Shown: positions 9,813 through 18,924 of the stretch, one piece after another
Position numbering within the stretch: the first letter of the stretch is position 1
Layout: the number at the start of each line of letters is the position of its first letter
Assembly: GCA_902595065.1 (NCBI GenBank)
Contig: CACJOM010000004.1
Coordinates: 79,734-143,733 of the forward strand
Origin: an uncultured SAR86 cluster bacterium
GTDB lineage: Bacteria > Pseudomonadota > Gammaproteobacteria > Magnimaribacterales > D2472
Length of the DNA: 64,000 bases
Direction: 5' to 3'
The notes under the pieces: model-generated
Databases searched by the model: none
What the model was told of the DNA's origin: nothing
The model's input: the letters and a program-made list of their open reading frames with translations, nothing else
Translations under genes and position numbers: made by a program

Positions 9813-12548
9813 ATGGAATACAGATCGATGAAAACCTTTTTTAATGCTTTAACACTAAATTTTATAGTTATTATTTCAATACAAGCTTCTTTGCTAGAAG
9901 ATCTCCCTGAAATTAATTACGAGTCCTTTAAACTTGATAATGGGTTAACTGTAATAGTACACGAAGATAAAAAGGTTCCTATGGTTGCTGTTAATGTTTG
10001 GTATCACGTTGGCTCAAAAAATGAAAAGGTTGGAAAAACTGGTTTTGCTCATTTGTTTGAGCACTTAATGTTTAACGGAACTGAAAATTATAATAATGAA
10101 TATTTTGAACCATTTGAAAAAATTGGTTCCACAGATCAAAACGGCACTACTAATTCTGATAGAACTAATTATTTTCAAAATGTACCAACTAACGCTCTAG
10201 ATCTAGCGTTGTGGATGGAGTCTGATCGTATGGGTCATTTATTGGGTGTAGTAGATCAAGAAAAACTAGACGAACAAAGAGGCGTTGTTCAAAATGAAAA
10301 ACGTCAAGGAGAAAATCAACCTTACGGAAAAGCTTTTACAAGAATTTCTGAAGCTGCATTCCCTGAAGGACATCCCTACTCTTGGTCTGTCATAGGGTCT
10401 ATGGAGGACTTGGATGCTGCTTCATTAGAAGACGTTCAAGAATGGTTTAAAACATACTATGGCCCAAATAATGCTGTTTTGGCATTGGCTGGAGATATTG
10501 ATATAGAAACAGCGAAGGAAAAGGTAAACAAGTTCTTTGGCGATATTCCTGCAGGACCACCTCTTGTTAAGCCAGATATATGGATAGCAAAAAGAAACGA
10601 AGAAAAAAGAGATGTGATGTTCGATAATGTGCCCCAAGCAAGAATTTATAAAGCTTGGAACGTTCCGCCAAGAGACACAGAGGCTGCTGCACATTTTGAT
10701 CTTGCATCGAGCGTTTTAGTGGGAGGAAAAAACTCTCCTCTATACAAAGAGTTGGTGTATGACAAACAAATTGCAACAGATGTATCAGCATTTTATTACG
10801 ACAGAGAAATTGCAGGAATGTTTTTTCTAGTTGTAGATGTTGTTGCTGGAGAAGATCCTCTGGCTGTTGAAGACGCTATGGATGAGGTTATGAGCTCATT
10901 TATTAAAAAAGGTCCCAATGCAAAATTACTTAAAGCAGAAAAAACAAAGGCCTTGGCCGGATTTATCAGAGGAATTCAACGTATTGGAGGTTTTGGTGGT
11001 AAGTCTGATTTGCTTGCTACCTGTCAAACCTACACAGGTAATCCTGGCTGCTACAAAGAAAATGCAAAATACCTAGATGAAGTAACTCCAGTAAAAATGA
11101 AAGCAACATTTGCTAAATGGATAGATGATACGCCATATGTTCTTACTATTTTGCCAAATGAGAAACTTGGGGTTAATGATGCAGGCATAGATAGATCTAA
11201 AGGTGTCCCTTACCCAACTGAAAAAGTTTCTTTTAAGTTTCCAGCCCTCCAAACAGCAACTTTATCCAATGGCGCAAAAGTTGTATTAGCACAACGAACT
11301 GGTGTTCCCTTGGTTGAGCTTAACTTTCAATTCAATTTTGGTTATGCACAGGAAAATAATGATGAGCTAGGATACACAAACTTTATGATGGATATGCTGA
11401 ATGAAGGCACTAGAAAATATACCTCACTACAATTTGATGAAGTTCTAGATTCTCTTGGATCTAATTTAGGGTTTGGTTCTGGTCTTGATACTTCATACGC
11501 AACTGTTTCTTCATTAAAGGCGAATCTATCAGAAACTTTAGACTTAGCAAAAGAAGCATTGATTTACCCTACTTTTCCACAAAAAGAAATTGATAGAATT
11601 AAAAAACAAACTCTTGCATCTATTGTTCAAGAAGAAAATAGGCCTGCGGCAATTGCATATAGAAACATTGGTAAATTGCTATATGGACAAAATCATCCAT
11701 ACGGAAAACCGTTAACTGGAAGCGGTATATCAGAAACTATCTCTGAGATTACTCGTGAAAATGTCATCGCTGTTCATAGCAGAGCTATCAATCCAACTAA
11801 TCTTACTTTTGCTGTAGCTGGAGATATTCAATTGGATGAATTGATTGAAATTCTCGAGGATAAATTTGGAAATTGGTCTGGTAACACTAAATCAAATTTA
11901 AAGGAGCTTAACAAAGTATCCCTGCCTGATACAAGAAGAGTTTACTTGATTGATAAGCCCAATGCTCAACAATCCTATATTGTTGCTGGTCAATTGTTGC
12001 CCCCTTCAGCAACTGATGAAGAAATCAAAATTAGCTATATGAATTATGCAATTGGTGGAAGTTTCACTGCCAGACTCAATATGAATCTTCGAGAAGATAA
12101 AAGCTGGTCCTATGGTGTTAGAACTCGGTTATCAGACGCAAAAGGACAGAGAGCTATGCTGGTAACAGCGCCTGTGCAAACTGATAAAACCTCTGAATCT
12201 ATTACAGAAATAGTTAATGAATATGCTGCCTATTTAAGCACATCACCAACCACGGCAGATGAGCTGGCTAAAGGCAAAGCATCGAAAACATTGAGGCTGC
12301 CTGGTCAATTTGAAACCCTTGGTGCCCTTAAAGGCGGGGTATCCGATATTGTTACTTATAACAGAGATCTAGATTACCTTAATCAATTACCTAAATTATT
12401 AGATGAGCCGTCACTTGAGGATGTTCATGCAATGGCACAAAAGTACATTAAGCCGAATCAATGGACGTGGTTAATAGTTGGTGACCTTAATAAAATTGAA
12501 GAACCGATTAGAAAGCTGAATCTTGGTCCTGTCGAGGTGTTAGATTAA
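9813..12548 (+). CDS. M16-family (pitrilysin/insulinase-like) Zn peptidase, two-repeat type
   Basis: 911 aa with a signal peptide, inverted zinc motif HLFEHLMF (HxxEH), NGTTNSDRTNYF and VVQNEKR. The second M16-like half lacks HxxEH. Confidence 0.9.
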   Translation: MEYRSMKTFFNALTLNFIVIISIQASLLEDLPEINYESFKLDNGLTVIVHEDKKVPMVAVNVWYHVGSKNEKVGKTGFAHLFEHLMFNGTENYNNEYFEPFEKIGSTDQNGTTNSDRTNYFQNVPTNALDLALWMESDRMGHLLGVVDQEKLDEQRGVVQNEKRQGENQPYGKAFTRISEAAFPEGHPYSWSVIGSMEDLDAASLEDVQEWFKTYYGPNNAVLALAGDIDIETAKEKVNKFFGDIPAGPPLVKPDIWIAKRNEEKRDVMFDNVPQARIYKAWNVPPRDTEAAAHFDLASSVLVGGKNSPLYKELVYDKQIATDVSAFYYDREIAGMFFLVVDVVAGEDPLAVEDAMDEVMSSFIKKGPNAKLLKAEKTKALAGFIRGIQRIGGFGGKSDLLATCQTYTGNPGCYKENAKYLDEVTPVKMKATFAKWIDDTPYVLTILPNEKLGVNDAGIDRSKGVPYPTEKVSFKFPALQTATLSNGAKVVLAQRTGVPLVELNFQFNFGYAQENNDELGYTNFMMDMLNEGTRKYTSLQFDEVLDSLGSNLGFGSGLDTSYATVSSLKANLSETLDLAKEALIYPTFPQKEIDRIKKQTLASIVQEENRPAAIAYRNIGKLLYGQNHPYGKPLTGSGISETISEITRENVIAVHSRAINPTNLTFAVAGDIQLDELIEILEDKFGNWSGNTKSNLKELNKVSLPDTRRVYLIDKPNAQQSYIVAGQLLPPSATDEEIKISYMNYAIGGSFTARLNMNLREDKSWSYGVRTRLSDAKGQRAMLVTAPVQTDKTSESITEIVNEYAAYLSTSPTTADELAKGKASKTLRLPGQFETLGALKGGVSDIVTYNRDLDYLNQLPKLLDEPSLEDVHAMAQKYIKPNQWTWLIVGDLNKIEEPIRKLNLGPVEVLD

Positions 12549-13900
12549 TGAGTGAGCCTATATCAATCAGCAAATCAATTGCTAATAAAACATTTAACTC
12601 AAATGCTCACCCACCTATTCATGAGTTTCATTCAAATGTTAATTTCACTGATTTAGATGTTTTTACACAAGGGCAGCCCTTTGATCACTTTAAAAAAATG
12701 CGTGAAGAGGCGCCAGTTTTCTTACACCCACCTTTTTTAAATGATCCAGAGCCTGGTTTTTGGTCTCTAACTCGCCACGAAGATATTTTAAAGGTTTCAT
12801 CTAACCCCAAGATTTTCTCCTCTCAAGCAGGCACTGGCACCATGATTACTCTAGGCAGCGAAGAAAGAAGACACCCTAAGTTGTGGCGATCTGCCGTTGA
12901 TCACATGCTAAATCTTGATGGAGATATGCATATTAATCTAAGACGTGAACATATGCCCTTCTTTAAACCCGATTACGTCTCTAATTTAAGAGTTAAAGTA
13001 AAGGCCAAAGTAACAGAATTGCTGGATGGGATTAACACCAATGAAGACTGTAATTTTGTAACTGCTTTTTCACAGCAGCTACCAATCTTTACCTTATCTG
13101 AAATCCTTGGAATACCTGAGGCAGACAGACAAAAATTAATCACTTGGATGGAATTTCTTGAACTCGCTCAATACATTCAAGTTGAACAGCTTAAAAAAGA
13201 ATTTGATGCTGAACAAACAAATGAGCCAGTAAACACCGAAATGATAGATATGTTTAATGCCATGGTAGATGAAATGTTTGAATATGGTCGAGATATATTA
13301 AATGCTAAGAGAAAAAATCCTGCCGATGATTTGCTTTCTGCAATTGCCAATGCGGAATTAGAAGGTCATCAATTAAGTCCTGAGTTTTTAGATGGTTCTT
13401 GGTTGCTAATCATTTTTGCTGGCAATGATACAACTCGAAATACCCTTAGTGGCGCTATTAAACTCCTCACTGAAAACCCTGATCAAAAGCAAAAACTCAT
13501 AGAGAATCCAGATCTCATGCCTAATTTCTTACAAGAATGCATTCGAATGATTTCTCCAGTCATGCACATGCGCAGAACTACAACTTGTGAAACAGAGGTT
13601 GGGGGTCAAATCATGGGTCCTGGTGAAAAAATTGTTATGTGGTATGGAGCTGCAAACAGAGATCCAGAAATTTTTCCAAACCCCGATCAATTTGACATTG
13701 AAAGAGCAAACGCTGACAAACATTTAGCATTTGGTATTGGTAGGCATACATGCATTGGCAAACCTGTTGCTTTGATGCAATTAGAAGAATCGTATAAACA
13801 AATTCTGACGCGCTTTCCAAATATCCATATGAGTGGAAATTGGAAAGTTGCACCGAATAACTTTGTCCATGCTATTCAGGAAATGCCTGTTAAATTTTAA
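12548..13900 (+). CDS. Cytochrome P450 (CYP153-like I-helix)
   Basis: 450 aa with heme-thiolate loop FGIGRHTCIG, I-helix FAGNDTTRN and the ExxR region. Its start overlaps the M16 stop (TAATG). Confidence 0.9.
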   Translation: MSEPISISKSIANKTFNSNAHPPIHEFHSNVNFTDLDVFTQGQPFDHFKKMREEAPVFLHPPFLNDPEPGFWSLTRHEDILKVSSNPKIFSSQAGTGTMITLGSEERRHPKLWRSAVDHMLNLDGDMHINLRREHMPFFKPDYVSNLRVKVKAKVTELLDGINTNEDCNFVTAFSQQLPIFTLSEILGIPEADRQKLITWMEFLELAQYIQVEQLKKEFDAEQTNEPVNTEMIDMFNAMVDEMFEYGRDILNAKRKNPADDLLSAIANAELEGHQLSPEFLDGSWLLIIFAGNDTTRNTLSGAIKLLTENPDQKQKLIENPDLMPNFLQECIRMISPVMHMRRTTTCETEVGGQIMGPGEKIVMWYGAANRDPEIFPNPDQFDIERANADKHLAFGIGRHTCIGKPVALMQLEESYKQILTRFPNIHMSGNWKVAPNNFVHAIQEMPVKF

Positions 13901-15772
13901 TTAAGCATTATCTTCTAACTGCTCATTGAGATTCAACCAAATCTGCTCTACCTCTTCTATTTCTATTCTGAGCTCAGTTTGATTTCTAATGAGGTCATGT
14001 AAATCATCTTGAAAATCACCATCATAAGTATCAGGTGATTGCAGGATTGATTCAACATCAGCTATCTTTTCTTGTAGACGTTTTAATCTCTTCTCAGCTG
14101 AATGAATTTCTCCCTTCAATTGCTTAATTACTTTTTGTTCAAGCTGTCTTTGAGCTCCCGGTGTTTGAATATCTTTTTTATCTGACTTTCGGGGATGCGA
14201 TTTATTTAAATTTTTTAAGATTCTTAAGCTGTAATCGTTCAAGTCGCCATCGAACTCTTCAATAGAACCATCCTCTACTAATAAAAACTGATCAACATTA
14301 TTTGAGAGTAAATGTCTGTCATGAGAGATTAGCAAAATTGCACCACCAAAAGATTGCAAGGCCATAGTTAAAGCTTGCCTCATCTCCATATCCAAATGGT
14401 TTGTAGGCTCATCCATTAAAAGCAAATTAGGTTTTTGATAAGCAATAATGGCTAATGCAAGTCTTGCCTTCTCTCCACCAGAAAATAATTTAATCGGATC
14501 TTTTACTTTATCATTTTTAAAATCATAGCCACCCAAATAGGTTCTAACTTGCTGCTCAGTCTTTTCAGGATCAAGTTGCTGTATGCATTGATAGGCTGTT
14601 TTATTTAAATCCAAATCATCTACTTGGTGTTGGGAAAAATATCCCATCTTTAAATTAGCACCTTCAAACCTATGACCATCAAGCAATGAAATGCTAGCAA
14701 CTAAACTTTTCATAAGAGTTGATTTGCCTGCACCATTAGGTCCAAGCAGCCCTATTCTATCTCCAGGATGCAAACTAAGATTAATTTTCTCTAGAACAGG
14801 TGATGAGTAACCTAGAGTAGCATTATCTAAAGTCAGCAAAGGGTCTGAAATTTTGTCGGACTGAGGAATGCTAAAATGAAAAGGTGAGTCAACATGTGCA
14901 GGTGCAATTAATTCCATCCGCTCCAGCGCCTTCACCCTACTTTGTGCTTGTCGGGCTTTGGTGGCCTTAGCTTTAAAACGTCTAACAAAATCTTGCATGT
15001 GTGCTATCTCTCGTTGCTGTTTCTTAAATGTTGCGGCCTGTTCTGCCAATCGTAAGGTTTTAATCTCCTCAAATTGTGAATAGTTTCCTGTATAAAGCTC
15101 AATGGCTTGACGATAGATATGAGCAATTGTATTAACGCATTCATCGAGAAACTCTCTATCATGAGAAATTAATATGAGAGCTCCTTTAAATGATTTGATC
15201 CAGTCAGCCAACCACACGATTGCATCTAAATCCAGATGATTCGTTGGCTCATCAAGCAACAATAAATCGGATGGTTGCATTAGGGTTCTAGCTAAATTGA
15301 GTCGCACTCGCCATCCACCTGAAAAATCTTTAACTGTTTTATTTAAATCTTCTTGAGAGAACCCAAGCCCTATCATCAATTGCTCAGCTTTAGATAGAGC
15401 TGCATGACCATCCATGGAATTGAAAATTGCATGGAGCTCTCCTAGCTCTTCAAATTGTTCATTATCTTCAGCCAATTTAATTTTTTGTTGTATTTCGATT
15501 AGTTGCTTATCTCCTTCTAAAACATATTGAACTGCAACCTCATCGGTTCCTGGCACTTCTTGTGCAAGATAAGAAATTCTTAAATCATGAGGATAATCAA
15601 GATAGCCCTCCTCAACATCAAGCTCACCTGTAATCATCTTAAATAAGCTAGTCTTGCCGGCGCCATTAGCACCGATTAAACCAACCTTTTTATCTCTATG
15701 AATCACAAATGATGCATCTTCAAATAAAAGATTTGGGCCTCTTCGCAAAGCTAGATTTGTAAATGAAAGCAT
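13901..15772 (-). CDS. yheS: ABC-F family ATPase (YheS-like)
   Basis: 623 aa with two ABC cassettes (GANGAGKTS/LLLDEPTNHLD and GPNGAGKST/LLMDEPTNHLD), a linker with FRAKATKARQAQSR, a coiled-coil tail and no TM domain. It is collinear with my recollection of E. coli YheS. Confidence 0.85.
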   Translation of the reverse strand: MLSFTNLALRRGPNLLFEDASFVIHRDKKVGLIGANGAGKTSLFKMITGELDVEEGYLDYPHDLRISYLAQEVPGTDEVAVQYVLEGDKQLIEIQQKIKLAEDNEQFEELGELHAIFNSMDGHAALSKAEQLMIGLGFSQEDLNKTVKDFSGGWRVRLNLARTLMQPSDLLLLDEPTNHLDLDAIVWLADWIKSFKGALILISHDREFLDECVNTIAHIYRQAIELYTGNYSQFEEIKTLRLAEQAATFKKQQREIAHMQDFVRRFKAKATKARQAQSRVKALERMELIAPAHVDSPFHFSIPQSDKISDPLLTLDNATLGYSSPVLEKINLSLHPGDRIGLLGPNGAGKSTLMKSLVASISLLDGHRFEGANLKMGYFSQHQVDDLDLNKTAYQCIQQLDPEKTEQQVRTYLGGYDFKNDKVKDPIKLFSGGEKARLALAIIAYQKPNLLLMDEPTNHLDMEMRQALTMALQSFGGAILLISHDRHLLSNNVDQFLLVEDGSIEEFDGDLNDYSLRILKNLNKSHPRKSDKKDIQTPGAQRQLEQKVIKQLKGEIHSAEKRLKRLQEKIADVESILQSPDTYDGDFQDDLHDLIRNQTELRIEIEEVEQIWLNLNEQLEDNA

Positions 15773-15851
15773 CTATGGTGTCTAAAAAAAATGTAAGTGT
15801 AACAAATACTCTTCCTCTTTTATTAACACAACATTCATATAAAATATTTGC

Positions 15852-16289
15852 ATGTCAAACTCTATCTGGTTTCATCCTATTTCAATTGAAGATTTCAAAG
15901 ATTCATCCATCAACATGGACAAACATCTTGATATAGAAATTGTTGAAATTGGTAATGATTTTATTGTTGGCAGAATGCCAGTGGTTGAAAAAACCAAACA
16001 ACCTTATGGAATTCTTCATGGAGGTGCCTCCTGCGTCTTAGCTGAAAGCATTGGCAGCACTGCTGCAGCGCTATCAATGGATAATACTAAGAAATATCCT
16101 GTTGGCATTGAGATCAACGCAAATCATATATCCTCTCCAACCGATGGCTATGTTTATGCCAAGGCTACTCCGGTGCACATAGGTGGATCAACTTCAGTGT
16201 GGAATATTGATATTACCGACGACGTTGGTAAACGCGTGGCTTTCTCGAGATTTACTGCCATGCACAAAAATCATCCTGAGGCTAAATAG
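15852..16289 (+). CDS. Hotdog-fold thioesterase, PaaI / YdiI(MenI)-YbdB-like
   Basis: 145 aa. The motif KQPYGILHGGASCVLAESIGS...GIEINANH closely matches the YdiI/YbdB signature. Confidence 0.85.
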   Translation: MSNSIWFHPISIEDFKDSSINMDKHLDIEIVEIGNDFIVGRMPVVEKTKQPYGILHGGASCVLAESIGSTAAALSMDNTKKYPVGIEINANHISSPTDGYVYAKATPVHIGGSTSVWNIDITDDVGKRVAFSRFTAMHKNHPEAK

Positions 16290-16324
16290 ATTACTTTTAA
16301 GTATCTTGGTTCTATAATTTAGCA

Positions 16325-17548
16325 ATGGATTACGTGCCCTACGCAGTGCCATTCTTTTTACTTGCTATCTTGATTGAGCTTGCCTACGGTATTATTAAGA
16401 AAAATAATACTTATCGGCTTAACGATGCCATTAGCAGTCTTTTTATGGGCTCACTACGTTCTGCAAATAAACTTATTATTATTAGTTTTGGCGGCTACAT
16501 CTTTTATTTCATTGAGACACATAATGGCTTATGGCGCATGGATGCGAGTTCACCCTTAGTATGGATATTTGCCTTTGTTGTTTATGATTTCTTTTATTAC
16601 TGGTTTCATCGAATAAGCCATGAAAGACAATTATTTTGGGCATCTCATGTGGCTCACCATCAAAGCGAGGATTACAACCTAAGCACTGCCCTGAGACAAA
16701 CTGGGACTGGGGCATTCGTAACCTGGGTCTTTTTTATCCCAGTGTTTTTAATCGGTGTACCCTCTTATGTCTTTGTTAGTGTTGCTTCAATCAATCTCAT
16801 CTACCAATTTTGGGTGCACAGTGAGCATATTCCAAAACTCGGCTGGTATGAGAAATTCTTTGTTACAGCTTCTAATCATAGAGTTCATCATGCTCAAAAC
16901 GATAACTACATAGATAAAAACTATGGAGGTGTCTTTATTATTTGGGACAGGATGTTTGGAACTTACAAGGAAGAAGATGAGAATGAAGCACCTATTTATG
17001 GAATCAGAGGCACCTTAAACACCTTTAACCCTATTTGGGCTAATCTCCATATTTATTTCAGCATGGCAAAAGATATTTGGAATGCTCAAAACTGGAAAGA
17101 TAAATTCTTAGTGCCCTTTGCAAGAACTGGCTGGAAACCTAGCAGTCTTCCAGAACAACCATTGAAAGATAATTTTGATGTTGAAACTTTCCAGAAATAT
17201 AACCCTGAGGTTTCTAGAAAGGTAAAAATTTACTCCTTTTTTCAGTTTCTTGCTTTGGCCTATGTAGGTTTAATGGTCCTAGAAAGTGGTGAACTTAGCT
17301 ATCAGCAACTTTGGATAACCGTTGGCATGATGGCCTTTACGATGTATTGCACTTCATTGTGGCTTGATGGCAAAGAAGGCTATGCAATGGAAATTACCCG
17401 TCTTGCACTGTGCGTAATCATAGGGGTTTATTCTCTTTTTGATGTAAGTCTTGAATTTATAGCAATAAGCCTATTGAGCTATGTAGTATTAAATGTCTTA
17501 GTTTTACCCATAATTGATAGATCTCAAAAATTAATTCGCACTAATTAA
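16325..17548 (+). CDS. Fatty-acid hydroxylase / sterol desaturase superfamily membrane protein
   Basis: 407 aa with di-iron His boxes HRISH, HVAHH and HRVHH, multiple TM helices and an additional C-terminal TM-rich ~130 aa. Confidence 0.8.
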   Translation: MDYVPYAVPFFLLAILIELAYGIIKKNNTYRLNDAISSLFMGSLRSANKLIIISFGGYIFYFIETHNGLWRMDASSPLVWIFAFVVYDFFYYWFHRISHERQLFWASHVAHHQSEDYNLSTALRQTGTGAFVTWVFFIPVFLIGVPSYVFVSVASINLIYQFWVHSEHIPKLGWYEKFFVTASNHRVHHAQNDNYIDKNYGGVFIIWDRMFGTYKEEDENEAPIYGIRGTLNTFNPIWANLHIYFSMAKDIWNAQNWKDKFLVPFARTGWKPSSLPEQPLKDNFDVETFQKYNPEVSRKVKIYSFFQFLALAYVGLMVLESGELSYQQLWITVGMMAFTMYCTSLWLDGKEGYAMEITRLALCVIIGVYSLFDVSLEFIAISLLSYVVLNVLVLPIIDRSQKLIRTN

Positions 17549-17909
17549 TATCCAATGCATATTCTCTAAGAATTTTTAAAGGTACTAACTCTAGTGTTTT
17601 TTCATGAGTTTTAGTGAGATAAATTTTTGGTGCACAGTTAGCTTCATAGGCTTCAACCCATCTTGGTGCACATAAACACCAATCATCGCCCTCCTTTAAG
17701 CCAGGGAAACCATACTCAGGCATAGGAGTTGATAGGTCATTGCCTTGAGCTTTAGAAAAAGCAAGAAACTCCTCAGTCATATGAGCACAGACTGTATGGA
17801 TGCCATGGTCTTGATCCATGGTTTCACAAGAACCGGAGCGAGTGAACCCTGTCATAGGATCTTCACAGCAGATTGGTAATGGCTCACCGAATACATTTAA
17901 TTGATTCAT
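17541..17909 (-). CDS. DUF2237-family small Cys-rich protein
   Basis: 122 aa. The pattern GFTRSGSCET...DHGIHTVCA...WCLCAPRW is typical of DUF2237. It overlaps the convergent upstream gene by 8 nt. Confidence 0.7.
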   Translation of the reverse strand: MNQLNVFGEPLPICCEDPMTGFTRSGSCETMDQDHGIHTVCAHMTEEFLAFSKAQGNDLSTPMPEYGFPGLKEGDDWCLCAPRWVEAYEANCAPKIYLTKTHEKTLELVPLKILREYALDIN

Positions 17910-17925
17910 GGATTAATTATAAGAC

Positions 17926-18912
17926 TTATTTGGTGAGTCGAAGAATCTCTCCAGGCTTCGGTGATCTAAAAAAATCTGATTTTAAATTTAACTTTTTCAG
18001 TTCTTGTTCTAATCTTTTAGGAGGTTCTAATACAGGCTCATCAGTAAGTGTAAAAGTCCCCCAATGCATTCCAAAAGACTGGGAAGTGTTTAGATCCAAG
18101 GCAATTTGGACTGCTTCCTCTGGATTTACATGTGAATCTTTCATAAACCACCTGGGATCATAAGCCCCTATAGGTATGAATGAATAATCTGGAGCTCCCA
18201 AGCGCTGATAAGTTGCCTTAAAATCACTTGAATATCCAGTATCGCCGGCATGATATAAAGCTAAGTTATTTGTTTGCATAAACCAACCGCCCCAAAGGCT
18301 CTTGTTGCGATCAAAGAGACCTCGCTTTGACCAATGTTGAACAGGTGTAAAATGAAATGAAGTATCACTATGACTAAATATATCCCACCACTTCATCTCA
18401 TACACATTTTTAATACCAGATTTGGTCAGCCTTTTACCATCTCCAACAGGCACTAGGAAAATAGTTTCAGGATTAAGCTTGTATAGTTTTTTTAAAGACC
18501 AAATATCGAAATGGTCATAGTGATTATGACTTACAACAACCACATCTATTCTAGGCAAATCATTCAGGGTCATCACTGGCGGAATCATTCTTTTAGGCCC
18601 AGCAAATCCAAAAGGTGATGCTCGCTTAGAAAAAATGGGATCTGTCAGAATGTTAATGTCACCATTATTAATTAAATAAGTTGCATGTCCAATCCAAACG
18701 GCATAATTGGTTTGATCAGTCGATAATGACTGCCATTCATTTGAAGTTTCAATTTCTACCCTTTTAGGTCCTTTTTCACCATCAAGTACCCAGGTCATTA
18801 ACTGACCAAAAGTTTTGCCATTTTGCTGATCATTGGTATTTTTATAAGTTTGTCCATATGCAAGAGTCGAACAAAAATAAGTAATAACGATTAACGCCGA
18901 AAAGTGTTTCAT
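17926..18912 (-). CDS. Secreted metallo-beta-lactamase-fold hydrolase (NAPE-PLD-like)
   Basis: 328 aa with a signal peptide, motif VVVSHNHYDH and a downstream His/Asp ligand pattern (YHAGDTG). Confidence 0.8.
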   Translation of the reverse strand: MKHFSALIVITYFCSTLAYGQTYKNTNDQQNGKTFGQLMTWVLDGEKGPKRVEIETSNEWQSLSTDQTNYAVWIGHATYLINNGDINILTDPIFSKRASPFGFAGPKRMIPPVMTLNDLPRIDVVVVSHNHYDHFDIWSLKKLYKLNPETIFLVPVGDGKRLTKSGIKNVYEMKWWDIFSHSDTSFHFTPVQHWSKRGLFDRNKSLWGGWFMQTNNLALYHAGDTGYSSDFKATYQRLGAPDYSFIPIGAYDPRWFMKDSHVNPEEAVQIALDLNTSQSFGMHWGTFTLTDEPVLEPPKRLEQELKKLNLKSDFFRSPKPGEILRLTK

Positions 18913-18924
18913 ATATTCTAGATC

